Origin: Fidelibacterota bacterium
Lineage (GTDB): Bacteria; Fidelibacterota; Fidelibacteria; Fidelibacterales; DSDE01
Direction: 5' to 3'
DNA: 64,000 nt
Assembly (NCBI GenBank): GCA_046735395.1
Contig: JBJKQR010000062.1
Location: 103,162 to 167,161 of the forward strand
Under the pieces are notes generated by a model. The model did no database searches. It saw only the letters and a list, made by a program, of their open reading frames with translations, and was not told the origin of the DNA. The position numbers were made by a program, and so were the translations under genes. Positions 9,778 through 20,161 of the stretch are shown piece after piece. Every line of letters begins with the position of its first letter. Positions within the stretch are counted from its first letter, which is position 1.

Positions 9778-12357
9778 ATGCAGACACTGCTTTTAATCGT
9801 ACCCCTGGCATCGCTGGCCGCATTGATCACCGCGTATGGCCTGAGCCGATGGATCTCGACTCAGGAAACGGGCACCAAACAGATGGTGCGCATCGCCTCC
9901 TATATCCGTGAGGGAGCGGTGGCATATCTGAAACAGCAATACAAGACCTCCGGCATCTTTTTTCTGCTGCTCTTTGTCCTGCTGCTCTTTTTTGCCTTCG
10001 GTCTCAATACCCTCTCCGTCTACGTCCCCTTTGCCTTTCTGACCGGAGTTTTCTTTTCCGGCCTCTCCGGCTTCATCGGCATGCTCACCTCAACGAAAAC
10101 ATCAAACCGGACAACCCACGCAGCCCGCAAATCTCTGAACCAGGCCCTGCGTCTCTCCTTCCGCGGCGGCTCCGTCATGGGGCTGGTCGTCGTCGGGCTC
10201 GGTCTCCTCGACATTGTCATCTGGTTCTATTATCTCAACAGCGTCATCGACATCGCAGATATCAACGAAAAACTGCATCTGATCACGGCCACCATGCTCA
10301 GTTTCGGATTCGGCGCCTCGTCTCAGGCACTGTTTGCCCGCGTCGGCGGCGGCATCTTCACCAAGGCGGCCGACATGGGTGCCGATCTGGTGGGCAAGGT
10401 GGAAGCGGGAATTCCCGAAGATGATCCGAGAAACCCTGCCGTCATCGCCGATAACGTGGGTGACAACGTCGGGGACGTGGCCGGAATGGGCGCGGATCTG
10501 TACGAATCCTTCGTCGGCTCCATCCTCGGCGCGGCAGCGCTTGCCGTCTCGGCCGGTTACGGACTGAACGGGGTGCTCCTGCCCATGCTGGTGGCCGCTC
10601 TCGGCACCGCGGCCTCCGTTCTGGGTATCTTCACCGTTTCCACCGGCGAAGATGCAAATCAGAAACATCTGCTCAACGCCATCAACCGAGGCACCAATAT
10701 TACGTCTGTCGTAACACTCATCCTGGTCTTTATCCTGCTCCGGGTCATGATGCCGGGACAGGTTTTTCAGCTCTATGTTCCCATTGTCATCGGTATTCTG
10801 GTGGGAATCGCCGTCGGATATTCCACCGACTATTACACCAATGCCGCCTTCAGCCCCGTTCACCGCATCGTCGGCCAGGCCCGCACCGGACATGCGACCG
10901 TGGTTACGGCCGGATTTTCGGTAGGTATGATGTCCGTCGTGCCCTCCATCCTCTTCATTATTATCGGAACCGTCATTGCCTTTATCAGCGGCGGAGGCCA
11001 TGTCAATCTGAGCGAGGGCCTCTATGCCATCGGCCTGGCTGCGGTAGGCATGCTGTCCACCCTGGGCATCAATCTGGCAACGGATGCCTTCGGTCCCATC
11101 GCGGATAATGCGGGCGGTATCGCGGAGATGGCCGAGCTCCCGTCGGAAACCCGGAAACGGACTGACGCGCTGGATGAACTGGGCAATTCCACAGCCGCGC
11201 GGGGTAAAGGTTTATCCATCGGCGCGGCGGCACTGACAGCCGTCACCCTTATTGCCGCGTTTATTGAGGAGATCCGGGCTGCCATGGTTCACAGCGGAAT
11301 TTCCAGCATGAAAATTTACACAGGTGATATTCTCATCAAAACCGTAGATACAGCCGCCGCCTCCGTGACGGATCTGCTGCTGTACATGCAGAGTTCGCTT
11401 CTGGATATCCGCTTCATCAGCGGACTGTTCATCGGCTCTGTCATCATTGCCGGCTTCGGTTCCAAAACCATTGAGGCGGTATCGGAGGCAGCCGGGGAAA
11501 TGATCGACGAGGTCCGGCGGCAGTTCCGGACCATTCCGGGCATCATGACCGGGGACGCAACTCCGGACTATGCCAGCTGCGTCCGCATTTCCACCTTCGC
11601 GGCTCAGAAAAAAATGGTCATTCCCGCCCTTATCGTAATCCTGACGCCCATTCTCACCGGACTCCTTTTCGGTCCCGTGGCCGTCATCGGCCTGCTCAGC
11701 GGCAATCTCATCGTCGGTTTCCTTTTTGCCGTTTTCATGGCCAACAGCGGCGGCGCCTGGGATAACGCAAAAAAATATATTGAACGCAGCAAATCGGACC
11801 TGCGTAACGAGATACAGCTGGGAATCCGGGACATCAGCAAGCGGGGACTCTGGCCTTTTTATCTCACCCGTGATACCCGCAGATTTCTCTTTGAACTGGT
11901 CAATCTGAATCCCAAGGCGTTCAGCATTGATGAAGAAGTATCCGAATATCTGGGCGAAATCATTCGTCTCACGGAAAACCGCTACATCAATGAAAATCTC
12001 AATCTGGCCACGCTGCTGGCGGCGCTCGAAAAAAACGCCCTGAAATCCCTGAATGATGCGGATTTGTCCCTGCTTTACGGGAAGCTGAATGGCGAAGACC
12101 AGCTCATGTACCGTCAATATCTGCAGCTCAGCCGTCAGGATCAGGAATTTCTCATGAAACTGAACGGAATCCGAAGTGATTTCGAGTCCATCATGAGTTC
12201 CTATTCGGCTGCAGTCACCGGGGATACAGTCGGCGACCCGCTCAAGGACACCAGCGGCCCCTCCCTGAATATTGCCATCAAGCTCTCCACCATGGTTTCC
12301 ATCATCAGCATCGGAATTGTCCTGAAATTCAATCTCTGGTCAGCGCTCTTTCACTGA
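9778..12357 (+). CDS. hppA: Membrane-integral pyrophosphatase, K+-dependent, probably Na+ or Na+/H+ translocating, with large internal insertion
   Basis: GGGIFTKAADMGADLVGKVEAGIPEDDPRN, DNVGDNVGD, GNSTAA (Ala at the K+ determinant), GGAWDNAKK, GDTVGDPLKDTSGP; RBS AAGGA before ATG 9778. Confidence 0.95.
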   Translation: MQTLLLIVPLASLAALITAYGLSRWISTQETGTKQMVRIASYIREGAVAYLKQQYKTSGIFFLLLFVLLLFFAFGLNTLSVYVPFAFLTGVFFSGLSGFIGMLTSTKTSNRTTHAARKSLNQALRLSFRGGSVMGLVVVGLGLLDIVIWFYYLNSVIDIADINEKLHLITATMLSFGFGASSQALFARVGGGIFTKAADMGADLVGKVEAGIPEDDPRNPAVIADNVGDNVGDVAGMGADLYESFVGSILGAAALAVSAGYGLNGVLLPMLVAALGTAASVLGIFTVSTGEDANQKHLLNAINRGTNITSVVTLILVFILLRVMMPGQVFQLYVPIVIGILVGIAVGYSTDYYTNAAFSPVHRIVGQARTGHATVVTAGFSVGMMSVVPSILFIIIGTVIAFISGGGHVNLSEGLYAIGLAAVGMLSTLGINLATDAFGPIADNAGGIAEMAELPSETRKRTDALDELGNSTAARGKGLSIGAAALTAVTLIAAFIEEIRAAMVHSGISSMKIYTGDILIKTVDTAAASVTDLLLYMQSSLLDIRFISGLFIGSVIIAGFGSKTIEAVSEAAGEMIDEVRRQFRTIPGIMTGDATPDYASCVRISTFAAQKKMVIPALIVILTPILTGLLFGPVAVIGLLSGNLIVGFLFAVFMANSGGAWDNAKKYIERSKSDLRNEIQLGIRDISKRGLWPFYLTRDTRRFLFELVNLNPKAFSIDEEVSEYLGEIIRLTENRYINENLNLATLLAALEKNALKSLNDADLSLLYGKLNGEDQLMYRQYLQLSRQDQEFLMKLNGIRSDFESIMSSYSAAVTGDTVGDPLKDTSGPSLNIAIKLSTMVSIISIGIVLKFNLWSALFH

Positions 12358-12391
12358 GCCGGCCGGGAATATTTCTACAGAAAGGAAATAA

Positions 12392-14380
12392 ATGAAAACG
12401 GCACGGAATTCGGAACAATTCATCAGCGAAGCTGATCTTTACGAGATTACCATCCCCCTCACACCCCGGCTAAATGCGGAGGGCGACAAGGCCGTATATA
12501 TTCTCAGGAAGGCTGATAAGGAAAGCGGACGCTTTCATACGCGGCTGCACCTGCTGGACATCCGCCGAAAGCATGACACGGAATATACGCGCGGCAATGC
12601 CGATTCACATCCCTGCTGGCATCCCGGCGGAAAAAAGATTCTCTATCTGAATAATGATAATAAGGACAATACACTGCGAAGTATTTCCATCCATGGCGGA
12701 GAGTCCACCGATGTGATGAAACTGGGTAAAGGTGATGTTCAGAGTATAGCCTGGTCTCCGGACGGAAAATGGATCGCCATCCTTATGAAAAAACCGGAAA
12801 CAGACGGAGCAGACAGCGATACGGAACCGAAAGAACCGGTGCTGCGGGTGATAGACAGGCTCTATACGCGGCATGACGGAAAAGGCTGGGACATGGATGC
12901 CCGCGCATCTCTCTACCTCCTGAAAACGGGCTCGGCCACGGTTCAGAAGATCGCCGACAGCCCGCTGAGCCATATTTCGGACTTCGCCTGGTCCTCCGAC
13001 AGCCAACGGATTGCCTACGTCATGAACGCCCATCCGGATCCGGACAGGAATGCAGGACATGACTCGATCTTCATCTATTCCCTGACTGATAAAAGCACCG
13101 TGGAACTGCCCAAACAGCCCGGGCCGGTGAGCCGGCTGCGCTTCGGAAATGCAGACCGTTCCATTTTCTTCACCGGTCATTTTCATCCTGAAAATCTCTG
13201 GGGAACCTTTAACAGTGAATTCTTCGAACTGGACATCGAGGACGGCAACTGCCGAAGCCTCAGTGAAGACCTGGACCGGACTCTCAGCGCGGCAAGCCTG
13301 GGAGACATTTCACCCATGGATACGGATCAGACACCCGTCTGTGATCCGGACGGAACCTGGTATTTCACGATCACGTCCGAAGGCGGCAGCCCTCTGATCC
13401 GACGCAGCCCGTCCGGAGATACCGAAGCCATTCTGGAAGGGCCGGAAGTTATTGCGGAATATGACAAGGCCCAGAATGCCCCGGTCTTCATCCTGCGCCT
13501 GGCTCAGATGGAACGGCCCGATGAACTGTGGCTCCTCAGGCTTGACGAGGAAAAAACTCTGACAAAAATTACCGATCTGAATGACCGCTATCTGTCAAAC
13601 CGTCAGTATACCTTTCCTGAGGTCCATACCATTCCGGTGGATGGCGCCGAGATACAGACCTGGATCGTAAAGCCGCCGCAGTTCCGGGAAAAATCCAAGT
13701 GGCCCATGATCCTGGAAATTCACGGCGGGCCCCATTCACAATACGCCTACACCTTTTTCCACGAAATGCAGGTGCTCGCCGCAGCCGGTTTTGTCGTGGT
13801 CTATGCCAATCCCCGCGGCAGCCAGGGCTATGGCCGGGATTTTGCCAAGGCCATTCACGGAAGCTGGGCCGAACCGGCCTTCAGTGATCTCATGACCGTC
13901 ACCGATTACATGGCGGAAACCGGATATATTGATGAGGAACGGCTTTTTGTCACCGGTGGCTCCTATGGCGGATACATGACCAACTGGATTGTGACGCAGA
14001 CGGACCGTTTCCGGGCTGCCGCAACCCAGCGGTCCGTCACCAATCTGGAAACTTTTTTCGGCTGTTCCGACATGGGCTGGGAATTGAGCAGCGAATTCAA
14101 TGGCGCGCCCTGGGAAAATCCGGAGATATACAGAAAATGGAGTCCCATCACCCATGCTGCACAGATCCGGACCCCATTGCTGATCATCCACTCGGAAAAT
14201 GACCTGAGATGCCCGATCGAACAGGCGGAACAGCTCTTTGTCCGTCTGAAATACGAGGGCAGGCCTGTGAAATTCCTTCGCTTTCCGGAAGAAAGCCACG
14301 GACTGAGCCGAAACGGCCGCATTGACCGGCGCATCGCCCGGCTCCAGGCTCTCCGCGACTGGTTTCACTCCTGCCTTTGA
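12392..14380 (+). CDS. S9-family peptidase (acylaminoacyl/dipeptidyl peptidase)
   Basis: Beta-propeller WSPDG repeats; IHGGPH, NPRGSQGYG, GGSYGG (Ser), ENDLRC (Asp), ESHG (His). Confidence 0.92.
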   Translation: MKTARNSEQFISEADLYEITIPLTPRLNAEGDKAVYILRKADKESGRFHTRLHLLDIRRKHDTEYTRGNADSHPCWHPGGKKILYLNNDNKDNTLRSISIHGGESTDVMKLGKGDVQSIAWSPDGKWIAILMKKPETDGADSDTEPKEPVLRVIDRLYTRHDGKGWDMDARASLYLLKTGSATVQKIADSPLSHISDFAWSSDSQRIAYVMNAHPDPDRNAGHDSIFIYSLTDKSTVELPKQPGPVSRLRFGNADRSIFFTGHFHPENLWGTFNSEFFELDIEDGNCRSLSEDLDRTLSAASLGDISPMDTDQTPVCDPDGTWYFTITSEGGSPLIRRSPSGDTEAILEGPEVIAEYDKAQNAPVFILRLAQMERPDELWLLRLDEEKTLTKITDLNDRYLSNRQYTFPEVHTIPVDGAEIQTWIVKPPQFREKSKWPMILEIHGGPHSQYAYTFFHEMQVLAAAGFVVVYANPRGSQGYGRDFAKAIHGSWAEPAFSDLMTVTDYMAETGYIDEERLFVTGGSYGGYMTNWIVTQTDRFRAAATQRSVTNLETFFGCSDMGWELSSEFNGAPWENPEIYRKWSPITHAAQIRTPLLIIHSENDLRCPIEQAEQLFVRLKYEGRPVKFLRFPEESHGLSRNGRIDRRIARLQALRDWFHSCL

Positions 14381-14476
14381 GCTCAATACCCCTAAATTCC
14401 CGAGCTTTATCCGAATTTTCTGTAACGATTCGTCCTTAATTGTATCTTTATTCTAAACAGAAAGGAAAACAATTCG

Positions 14477-14914
14477 ATGAGTGAACAGACCATGAAAATT
14501 GACTTATACAGCATCGGTGACTCTCTCACCTTCGTCGCCAAGGGAAAGACCGGCCACTGGATCAGCATGGATGCGCCCACAGAAATAAATGGCCATGGTG
14601 CAGCCAGCCGCCCCATGGAAGTTGTCCTTCAGGCCCTCGCCGGCTGTACCGGCATGGATGTCATGTCCATCCTGGGAAAAAAACGCATCAAGATCGATCT
14701 CTTCGGAATGGAAGTCACAGCCGAAAGAGCGGACGTGCATCCGAAAGTCTTCACAAAAATTCACCTGACCTATAAATTCTGGGGCAGCGATATTCCCGAA
14801 AACGCGGTCGAACGGGCCATCGAACTCAGCGAAACCAAATACTGCTCCGTATCCGCCATGCTGCGCAGCACTGCCGAGATCACCAGTTCCTGGGAAATAA
14901 ATCCGGAAAAATAG
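14477..14914 (+). CDS. OsmC/YhfA-family protein
   Basis: RPMEVVLQALAGCTGMDV and KYCSVS two-Cys motifs. Confidence 0.9.
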   Translation: MSEQTMKIDLYSIGDSLTFVAKGKTGHWISMDAPTEINGHGAASRPMEVVLQALAGCTGMDVMSILGKKRIKIDLFGMEVTAERADVHPKVFTKIHLTYKFWGSDIPENAVERAIELSETKYCSVSAMLRSTAEITSSWEINPEK

Positions 14915-15068
14915 GCGCTGCCGGCTCTGAATTTTTGCAGCCTGGAGGAGAACTCTTCAGGGCTGTCGGAATTTATACGATTTTCTATCTGAATTCATTT
15001 GCCGGAAGCGTACTTTAAGGGAATATTACCCTTTATTTTTTTTCTGATTTGACATAAATTCTGACATT

Positions 15069-17069
15069 ATGACAGAATTTCAGCTCGTATCCAAATACAG
15101 TCCCACCGGTGATCAGCCTCAGGCTATTGAGGAACTGGTCCGGGGTGTTGAGGAAGGGCATCCTTTTCAGACTCTGCTGGGAATAACGGGCAGCGGAAAA
15201 ACCTATACGATGGCCAAGGTCATCGAGGCGGTCCGCAAACCGACGCTCATCATTTCCCACAACAAAACCCTGGCGGCTCAGCTCTACGGTGAATTCAAGG
15301 CTTTTTTCCCCGATAATGCCGTCGAATATTTCATCAGTTATTACGATTATTATCAGCCGGAAGCCTATCTTCCCGTCACCGACACCTATATTGAAAAGGA
15401 TTCGGACATCAATGACGAGATTGAGAAGCTGCGGCTCAAGGCCACATCCAGCCTCATGGCGCGCAATGATGTGATCGTGGTGGCTTCCGTTTCCTGCATT
15501 TACGGTCTGGGAAGCCCGGAGGATTACAAGAGCCAGATCGTCGTCCTGCACAAAGGCGAGGCGATTGACAGGAAGGATCTTCTGAAGCGGCTGGTCAATA
15601 TTTACTATTCGCGAAATGACATGGCCTTTGCCCGCGGAACCTTCCGGGTCCGGGGCGACATCATCGAAATCTTTCCGGCCTATGAGGATCAGCCTCTGCG
15701 AATTGAATTCTGGGGCGATGTGGTTGAGGATATTCATATCACCGATCCGGTCACCGGTGAAATCCTCCGGAGCCTGGAATTTACGGTCATCTACCCGGCC
15801 CGTCATTTTGTCACGAATGAAGATACGCTGAACCAGAGTTTTCAGCAGATTCAGGACGAACTGAGGGACCGCCTCAATACGTTTCGCAGTGAAGGCAAAC
15901 TGCTGGAGGCCCAGCGGCTGGAGCAGCGGACGGAATTTGATCTGGAAATGATCCGCGAGCTGGGTTACTGCAGCGGCATCGAAAATTACAGCCGCCACCT
16001 GACCCTGCGCGCCGCCGGCCAGCGCCCCTTTACACTTTTCGATTTTTTCCCGAAGGATTATCTGCTGATCATTGATGAGAGCCACGCCACCATACCGCAG
16101 ATCCGGGCCATGTATAACGGTGATTTCAGCCGGAAGCGGGTTTTAGTGGAATATGGTTTCAGGCTGCCGTCAGCCCATGACAACCGCCCCATGAAATTTG
16201 AGGAATTCGAAACGCTCATCCGTCAGTGCATTTTCGTATCCGCCACACCGGCGGATTATGAACTGGAAAAATGCGAGGGCGTGGTCACCGAGCAGATCAT
16301 CCGGCCCACGGGACTTCTGGATCCGGAGATTGAGCTCCGCCCCACCGAAAATCAGATTGACCATCTCATCCATGAGATACAGGTCCGGGTCGGCCGAAAG
16401 GAACGCGTCCTCATCACGACCCTCACCAAGAAGATGGCGGAAAATCTTGCCGAATTCCTGAAAAACCGGAATATCCGTGTCCGCTACATGCATTCGGAGA
16501 TCAATTCCCTGGAACGCATCGGTATTCTCCGCGACCTGAGGCTGGGAGAATTTGATGTTCTGGTGGGCATCAATCTGCTCCGGGAGGGACTGGATCTTCC
16601 CGAAGTCAGCCTGGTTGCCATTCTCGACGCCGACAAGGAAGGTTTTCTCCGCTCCGACCGCAGCCTTTTCCAGATCAGCGGCCGCGCTGCACGGAATGAA
16701 AAGGGCAAAGTTATTTTTTATGCTGATAAGATCACGGCCGCCATGAAAAAAGTTATGGACGAAACCAACCGCCGCCGGGACATCCAGATGGCCTACAATA
16801 CGGAACACGGCATCACACCGAAGACGGTCTATAAGAGCGAGGATGAAATTCGCAGGATTACGGCCATTGCCGACATGAATCCCGAATATCACCGGGATGG
16901 CGATGTGAAGGAAAAAGTGAAAATGGATCCCCGGTCGAGGGTGGAAGCTCTGAATCTGGTGGACCAGCTGACAGTGGAAATGGAAAAGGCGGCAGAACAG
17001 CTGGATTTTGAACGGGCAGCTCAGCTGCGCGACCGAATCATAGAACTGAAAGAGAGGAACAGAGTCTGA
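15069..17069 (+). CDS. uvrB: Excinuclease ABC subunit B
   Basis: [37 protein letters not shown]-terminal UVR domain FERAAQLRD. Confidence 0.98.
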   Translation: MTEFQLVSKYSPTGDQPQAIEELVRGVEEGHPFQTLLGITGSGKTYTMAKVIEAVRKPTLIISHNKTLAAQLYGEFKAFFPDNAVEYFISYYDYYQPEAYLPVTDTYIEKDSDINDEIEKLRLKATSSLMARNDVIVVASVSCIYGLGSPEDYKSQIVVLHKGEAIDRKDLLKRLVNIYYSRNDMAFARGTFRVRGDIIEIFPAYEDQPLRIEFWGDVVEDIHITDPVTGEILRSLEFTVIYPARHFVTNEDTLNQSFQQIQDELRDRLNTFRSEGKLLEAQRLEQRTEFDLEMIRELGYCSGIENYSRHLTLRAAGQRPFTLFDFFPKDYLLIIDESHATIPQIRAMYNGDFSRKRVLVEYGFRLPSAHDNRPMKFEEFETLIRQCIFVSATPADYELEKCEGVVTEQIIRPTGLLDPEIELRPTENQIDHLIHEIQVRVGRKERVLITTLTKKMAENLAEFLKNRNIRVRYMHSEINSLERIGILRDLRLGEFDVLVGINLLREGLDLPEVSLVAILDADKEGFLRSDRSLFQISGRAARNEKGKVIFYADKITAAMKKVMDETNRRRDIQMAYNTEHGITPKTVYKSEDEIRRITAIADMNPEYHRDGDVKEKVKMDPRSRVEALNLVDQLTVEMEKAAEQLDFERAAQLRDRIIELKERNRV

Positions 17070-17070
17070 T

Positions 17071-18354
17071 ATGAGCGATAAACAGAATATTCTGGTACTG
17101 GGTTCGGGGGGGCGCGAACACGCCCTGGTCTGGAAACTGAAACAAAGTCCGAAAGTCGCTGAAATACACTGCATTCCGGGCAACGGCGGTATTGAAAATA
17201 TTGCCACGACCGCATCGGTTCCGCTCACAAATTTTTCTGCTCTGGCCACCTACGTCCGTGACCACGATATTGATCTGACCGTTGTCGGCCCCGAACAGCC
17301 TCTCGTCAATGGTATTGTAGACAGTTTCCGCAAGAAAGGGCTGAAAATCTGGGGGCCGGATCAGCTCTCGGCCCGGCTGGAAGGTTCCAAGGCCTATTCC
17401 AAGGATTTCATGAAAAAATACGGTATCCCGACGGCCGGATATAAATCCGTTAACAACCTGAACGATGCCATACATTTCCTGAAGGAATGCAGGTATCCTA
17501 TTGTGATCAAAGCCAGCGGACTGGCGGCAGGAAAAGGTGTGGTCATTGCCGAAAGCCGGAAAGAGGCGCTCACGGCGCTTGAATCCATGCTCGTCAACCG
17601 ACAGTTCGGAGATGCCGGAGATACGGTCGTCATCGAGGAGTTTCTGAAAGGCGATGAAATATCCATTTTAGTTATCACGGACGGAAACCATTATCATATT
17701 CTGCCGACGGCCCGGGACCACAAACGGGCCTTTGACGGAGATCTGGGCCCGAATACGGGCGGAATGGGCGCCTTTGCCCCGGCCCCTCTGCTGACTGCCG
17801 CGCAGGAACAGCAGGTCATCGGTGACATTATTGAACCGACCATCGCGGGTATCCGGAGTGAAGGCGGTGATTACAAGGGAATCATTTACTTCGGACTGAT
17901 GATTGACGGGGAAGACATCCGGGTTCTGGAGTACAACTGCCGCTTTGGTGATCCTGAGGCTCAGGTCATTCTGCCTCTCCTGAAAAACGATCTGCTCGAC
18001 CTTATTGACGCCTCGCTGAAGGAAAACCTTGACCAGCAGAAAATTGAATGTCACAGCGGCGTCTGCGCTACCGTGATTCTGGCCAGCGGCGGCTACCCGG
18101 GAAACTATGAAAAGAACCTTCCCATACAGGATAAGACCGTAAACGGTGAAGACAATCTGATTCTTTTTCATGCCGGCACACGTCGCGAAAATGAGGTCCT
18201 CCTTTCCTCGGGAGGACGGGTTCTGGCCGTGACCGCTCTGGGCGAAAACCTGAAGACGGCTTTGAATATTGCCTATAAAAATATTTCAAAAATAAAATTA
18301 AAGGGTTCATTTTACCGAAAGGACATAGGCAAAGGCTTCATCGACACTAAATAA
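17071..18354 (+). CDS. purD: Phosphoribosylamine--glycine ligase
   Basis: GSGGREHAL, KASGLAAGKGV, GPNTGGMG, EYNCRFGDPE. Confidence 0.97.
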   Translation: MSDKQNILVLGSGGREHALVWKLKQSPKVAEIHCIPGNGGIENIATTASVPLTNFSALATYVRDHDIDLTVVGPEQPLVNGIVDSFRKKGLKIWGPDQLSARLEGSKAYSKDFMKKYGIPTAGYKSVNNLNDAIHFLKECRYPIVIKASGLAAGKGVVIAESRKEALTALESMLVNRQFGDAGDTVVIEEFLKGDEISILVITDGNHYHILPTARDHKRAFDGDLGPNTGGMGAFAPAPLLTAAQEQQVIGDIIEPTIAGIRSEGGDYKGIIYFGLMIDGEDIRVLEYNCRFGDPEAQVILPLLKNDLLDLIDASLKENLDQQKIECHSGVCATVILASGGYPGNYEKNLPIQDKTVNGEDNLILFHAGTRRENEVLLSSGGRVLAVTALGENLKTALNIAYKNISKIKLKGSFYRKDIGKGFIDTK

Positions 18355-18441
18355 GCTAATGATTTGTATAATTATTAAAACAATGAACAGAATAATAGAA
18401 ATTGGTATTGCACGCCAGGATCCTGAACACTACGGGGAAGG

Positions 18442-19623
18442 ATGGAGAGCATGAACAATTACGGAATAACGGGCGACAGTGAAGCCATCCGCCAGGTAAT
18501 TGCCATGATTGATCAGGTGAGCCGGTCCGATATTTCCGTGCTGATCACCGGTGACAGCGGAACGGGCAAGGAGCTGGTAGCCCGCGCCATTCACAACAAT
18601 TCGCTGCGGCGCAGCAAGCCCTATATCATTGTAAATTGCGGCGCCATCCCGGCTGGAACCATCGAAAGTGAGCTCTTCGGCCACAAGAAAGGTTCCTTCA
18701 CAGGCGCGCTGGAAAGCCGGAAGGGATATTTCGAAGCTGCCGACGGCGGAAGCATTTTTCTCGACGAAATCGGTGAGACGCCTCTGGAAACCCAGGTCAA
18801 GCTTCTGAGAACGCTGGAACAGGGTGAAATCATTCCAGTGGGTGAAAACTCGGCCCGACACGTGGATGTACGCGTTATTGCCGCCACAAACCGCAATCTG
18901 GCTGAGGAAGTACGACAGGAGCGTTTTCGCAAGGATCTTTATTACCGGCTGAAAACCGTCAACATTCATCTGCCGGCGCTGGCCGACCGCAGAGAAGACA
19001 TTCCCCTTCTCGTCAATCAATTCATGACCCGCTACTGCGATCAGAACGGTATCCCTTACAAACCCTTCAGCCCCAAAGCCATGAAAGTCCTGCAGGACCG
19101 GGAATACAGCGGCAACATCCGCGAACTCAAGAATCTGGTCGAATCCGTCATCGTCATGGAAAAGGACCGGATTATCCGGCCGGAAACCATTATCCAGCAA
19201 TCCCATGGCAGCGAAAATTCCTTTGATGAATTCTCACCCTCCTTCGACACCCGCTATCCCGTGAAAATTCAGAGCCGCGACCGGGATGAGATGGAACGGG
19301 AGCTCATGCTCCGGCAGCTCTTCCTGCTCCGCCAGGATGTGGAGGAAATCAAGTCCCTGCTCAAACGCGATCTGCTGCCGCGCATGAACAGCGACCAGAT
19401 GAACGATATCAGCAATATTATTCACGAAATGCGTCAGGGAACGGTGGAGGACCATGTGGAGGATGCCTCGGATACAAAGGAAAAAAGCCTGAGCGAAATC
19501 GAACGGGACGTGATCGTGCGGACTCTGGAAAAATATTACGGCAGCAAACGGAAAACGGCCAAGGCTCTGGGAATCTCCGAGCGGACCCTGTACCGGAAGA
19601 TCAATGAATATGAAATACAGTAA
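18442..19623 (+). CDS. Sigma-54-type AAA+ activator with Fis HTH, no N-terminal sensor domain
   Basis: [54 protein letters not shown]. Confidence 0.92.
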   Translation: MESMNNYGITGDSEAIRQVIAMIDQVSRSDISVLITGDSGTGKELVARAIHNNSLRRSKPYIIVNCGAIPAGTIESELFGHKKGSFTGALESRKGYFEAADGGSIFLDEIGETPLETQVKLLRTLEQGEIIPVGENSARHVDVRVIAATNRNLAEEVRQERFRKDLYYRLKTVNIHLPALADRREDIPLLVNQFMTRYCDQNGIPYKPFSPKAMKVLQDREYSGNIRELKNLVESVIVMEKDRIIRPETIIQQSHGSENSFDEFSPSFDTRYPVKIQSRDRDEMERELMLRQLFLLRQDVEEIKSLLKRDLLPRMNSDQMNDISNIIHEMRQGTVEDHVEDASDTKEKSLSEIERDVIVRTLEKYYGSKRKTAKALGISERTLYRKINEYEIQ

Positions 19624-19630
19624 GGTGGCC

Positions 19631-20143
19631 ATGAGAAAAATCCTGTTCATTTCAGCGCTCATCATTCTCAGCAGCTGCGGGATTTACAGTACCCGTCCCG
19701 GCAGTATTCCTCAGCAGATCACCAATATTCATATTCCCCCTGTGGAAAACGAAACGGCTGAATTCGGCCTGAATGACGACATCAATGAACAGGTGCTGCG
19801 AACCATTCTCGACGAAAATATCCTTCCCCTCGCGGAGGAAGCCCAGGCCAGCAGTATTCTCTACCTGAGCTGCACAAAGATTGATGACAAACCCTATACC
19901 TTTGATGAAACCGAACGGGTCAAGGAATACAAACTGTCCCTGACCATGAGTTACCGCTGGGTGGACACGGCCGGCAGGAAGGACCTGATGGCAGGGAACC
20001 TGAGCCAGTGGGCCGTTTACAACAGCGACAGCTATAATAATGAATTATCCCCGGGCGATCAGATCACCAGAGATCAGGCTAAAACTGAGCTGGCGAAGAA
20101 AATCTCGGAAGACGTAGTTTTTCAACTGGTCTCGGACTGGTAA
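19631..20143 (+). CDS. LptE-like lipoprotein
   Basis: Lipobox LSSC; IHIPPVENETAEFGL; size and position downstream of the sigma-54 activator as seen in FCB genomes. Confidence 0.7.
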   Translation: MRKILFISALIILSSCGIYSTRPGSIPQQITNIHIPPVENETAEFGLNDDINEQVLRTILDENILPLAEEAQASSILYLSCTKIDDKPYTFDETERVKEYKLSLTMSYRWVDTAGRKDLMAGNLSQWAVYNSDSYNNELSPGDQITRDQAKTELAKKISEDVVFQLVSDW

Positions 20144-20161
20144 AACGATTAGAAAAAGGAG

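Noticed and set aside
11785..12207. Intein explanation for the hppA insert
   Set aside because: No C-terminal His-Asn followed by Cys/Ser/Thr and no recognisable splicing blocks.
18403..18415. TGGTATTGCACGC as a sigma-54 promoter
   Set aside because: GG-to-GC spacing does not fit the required GG-N10-GC.
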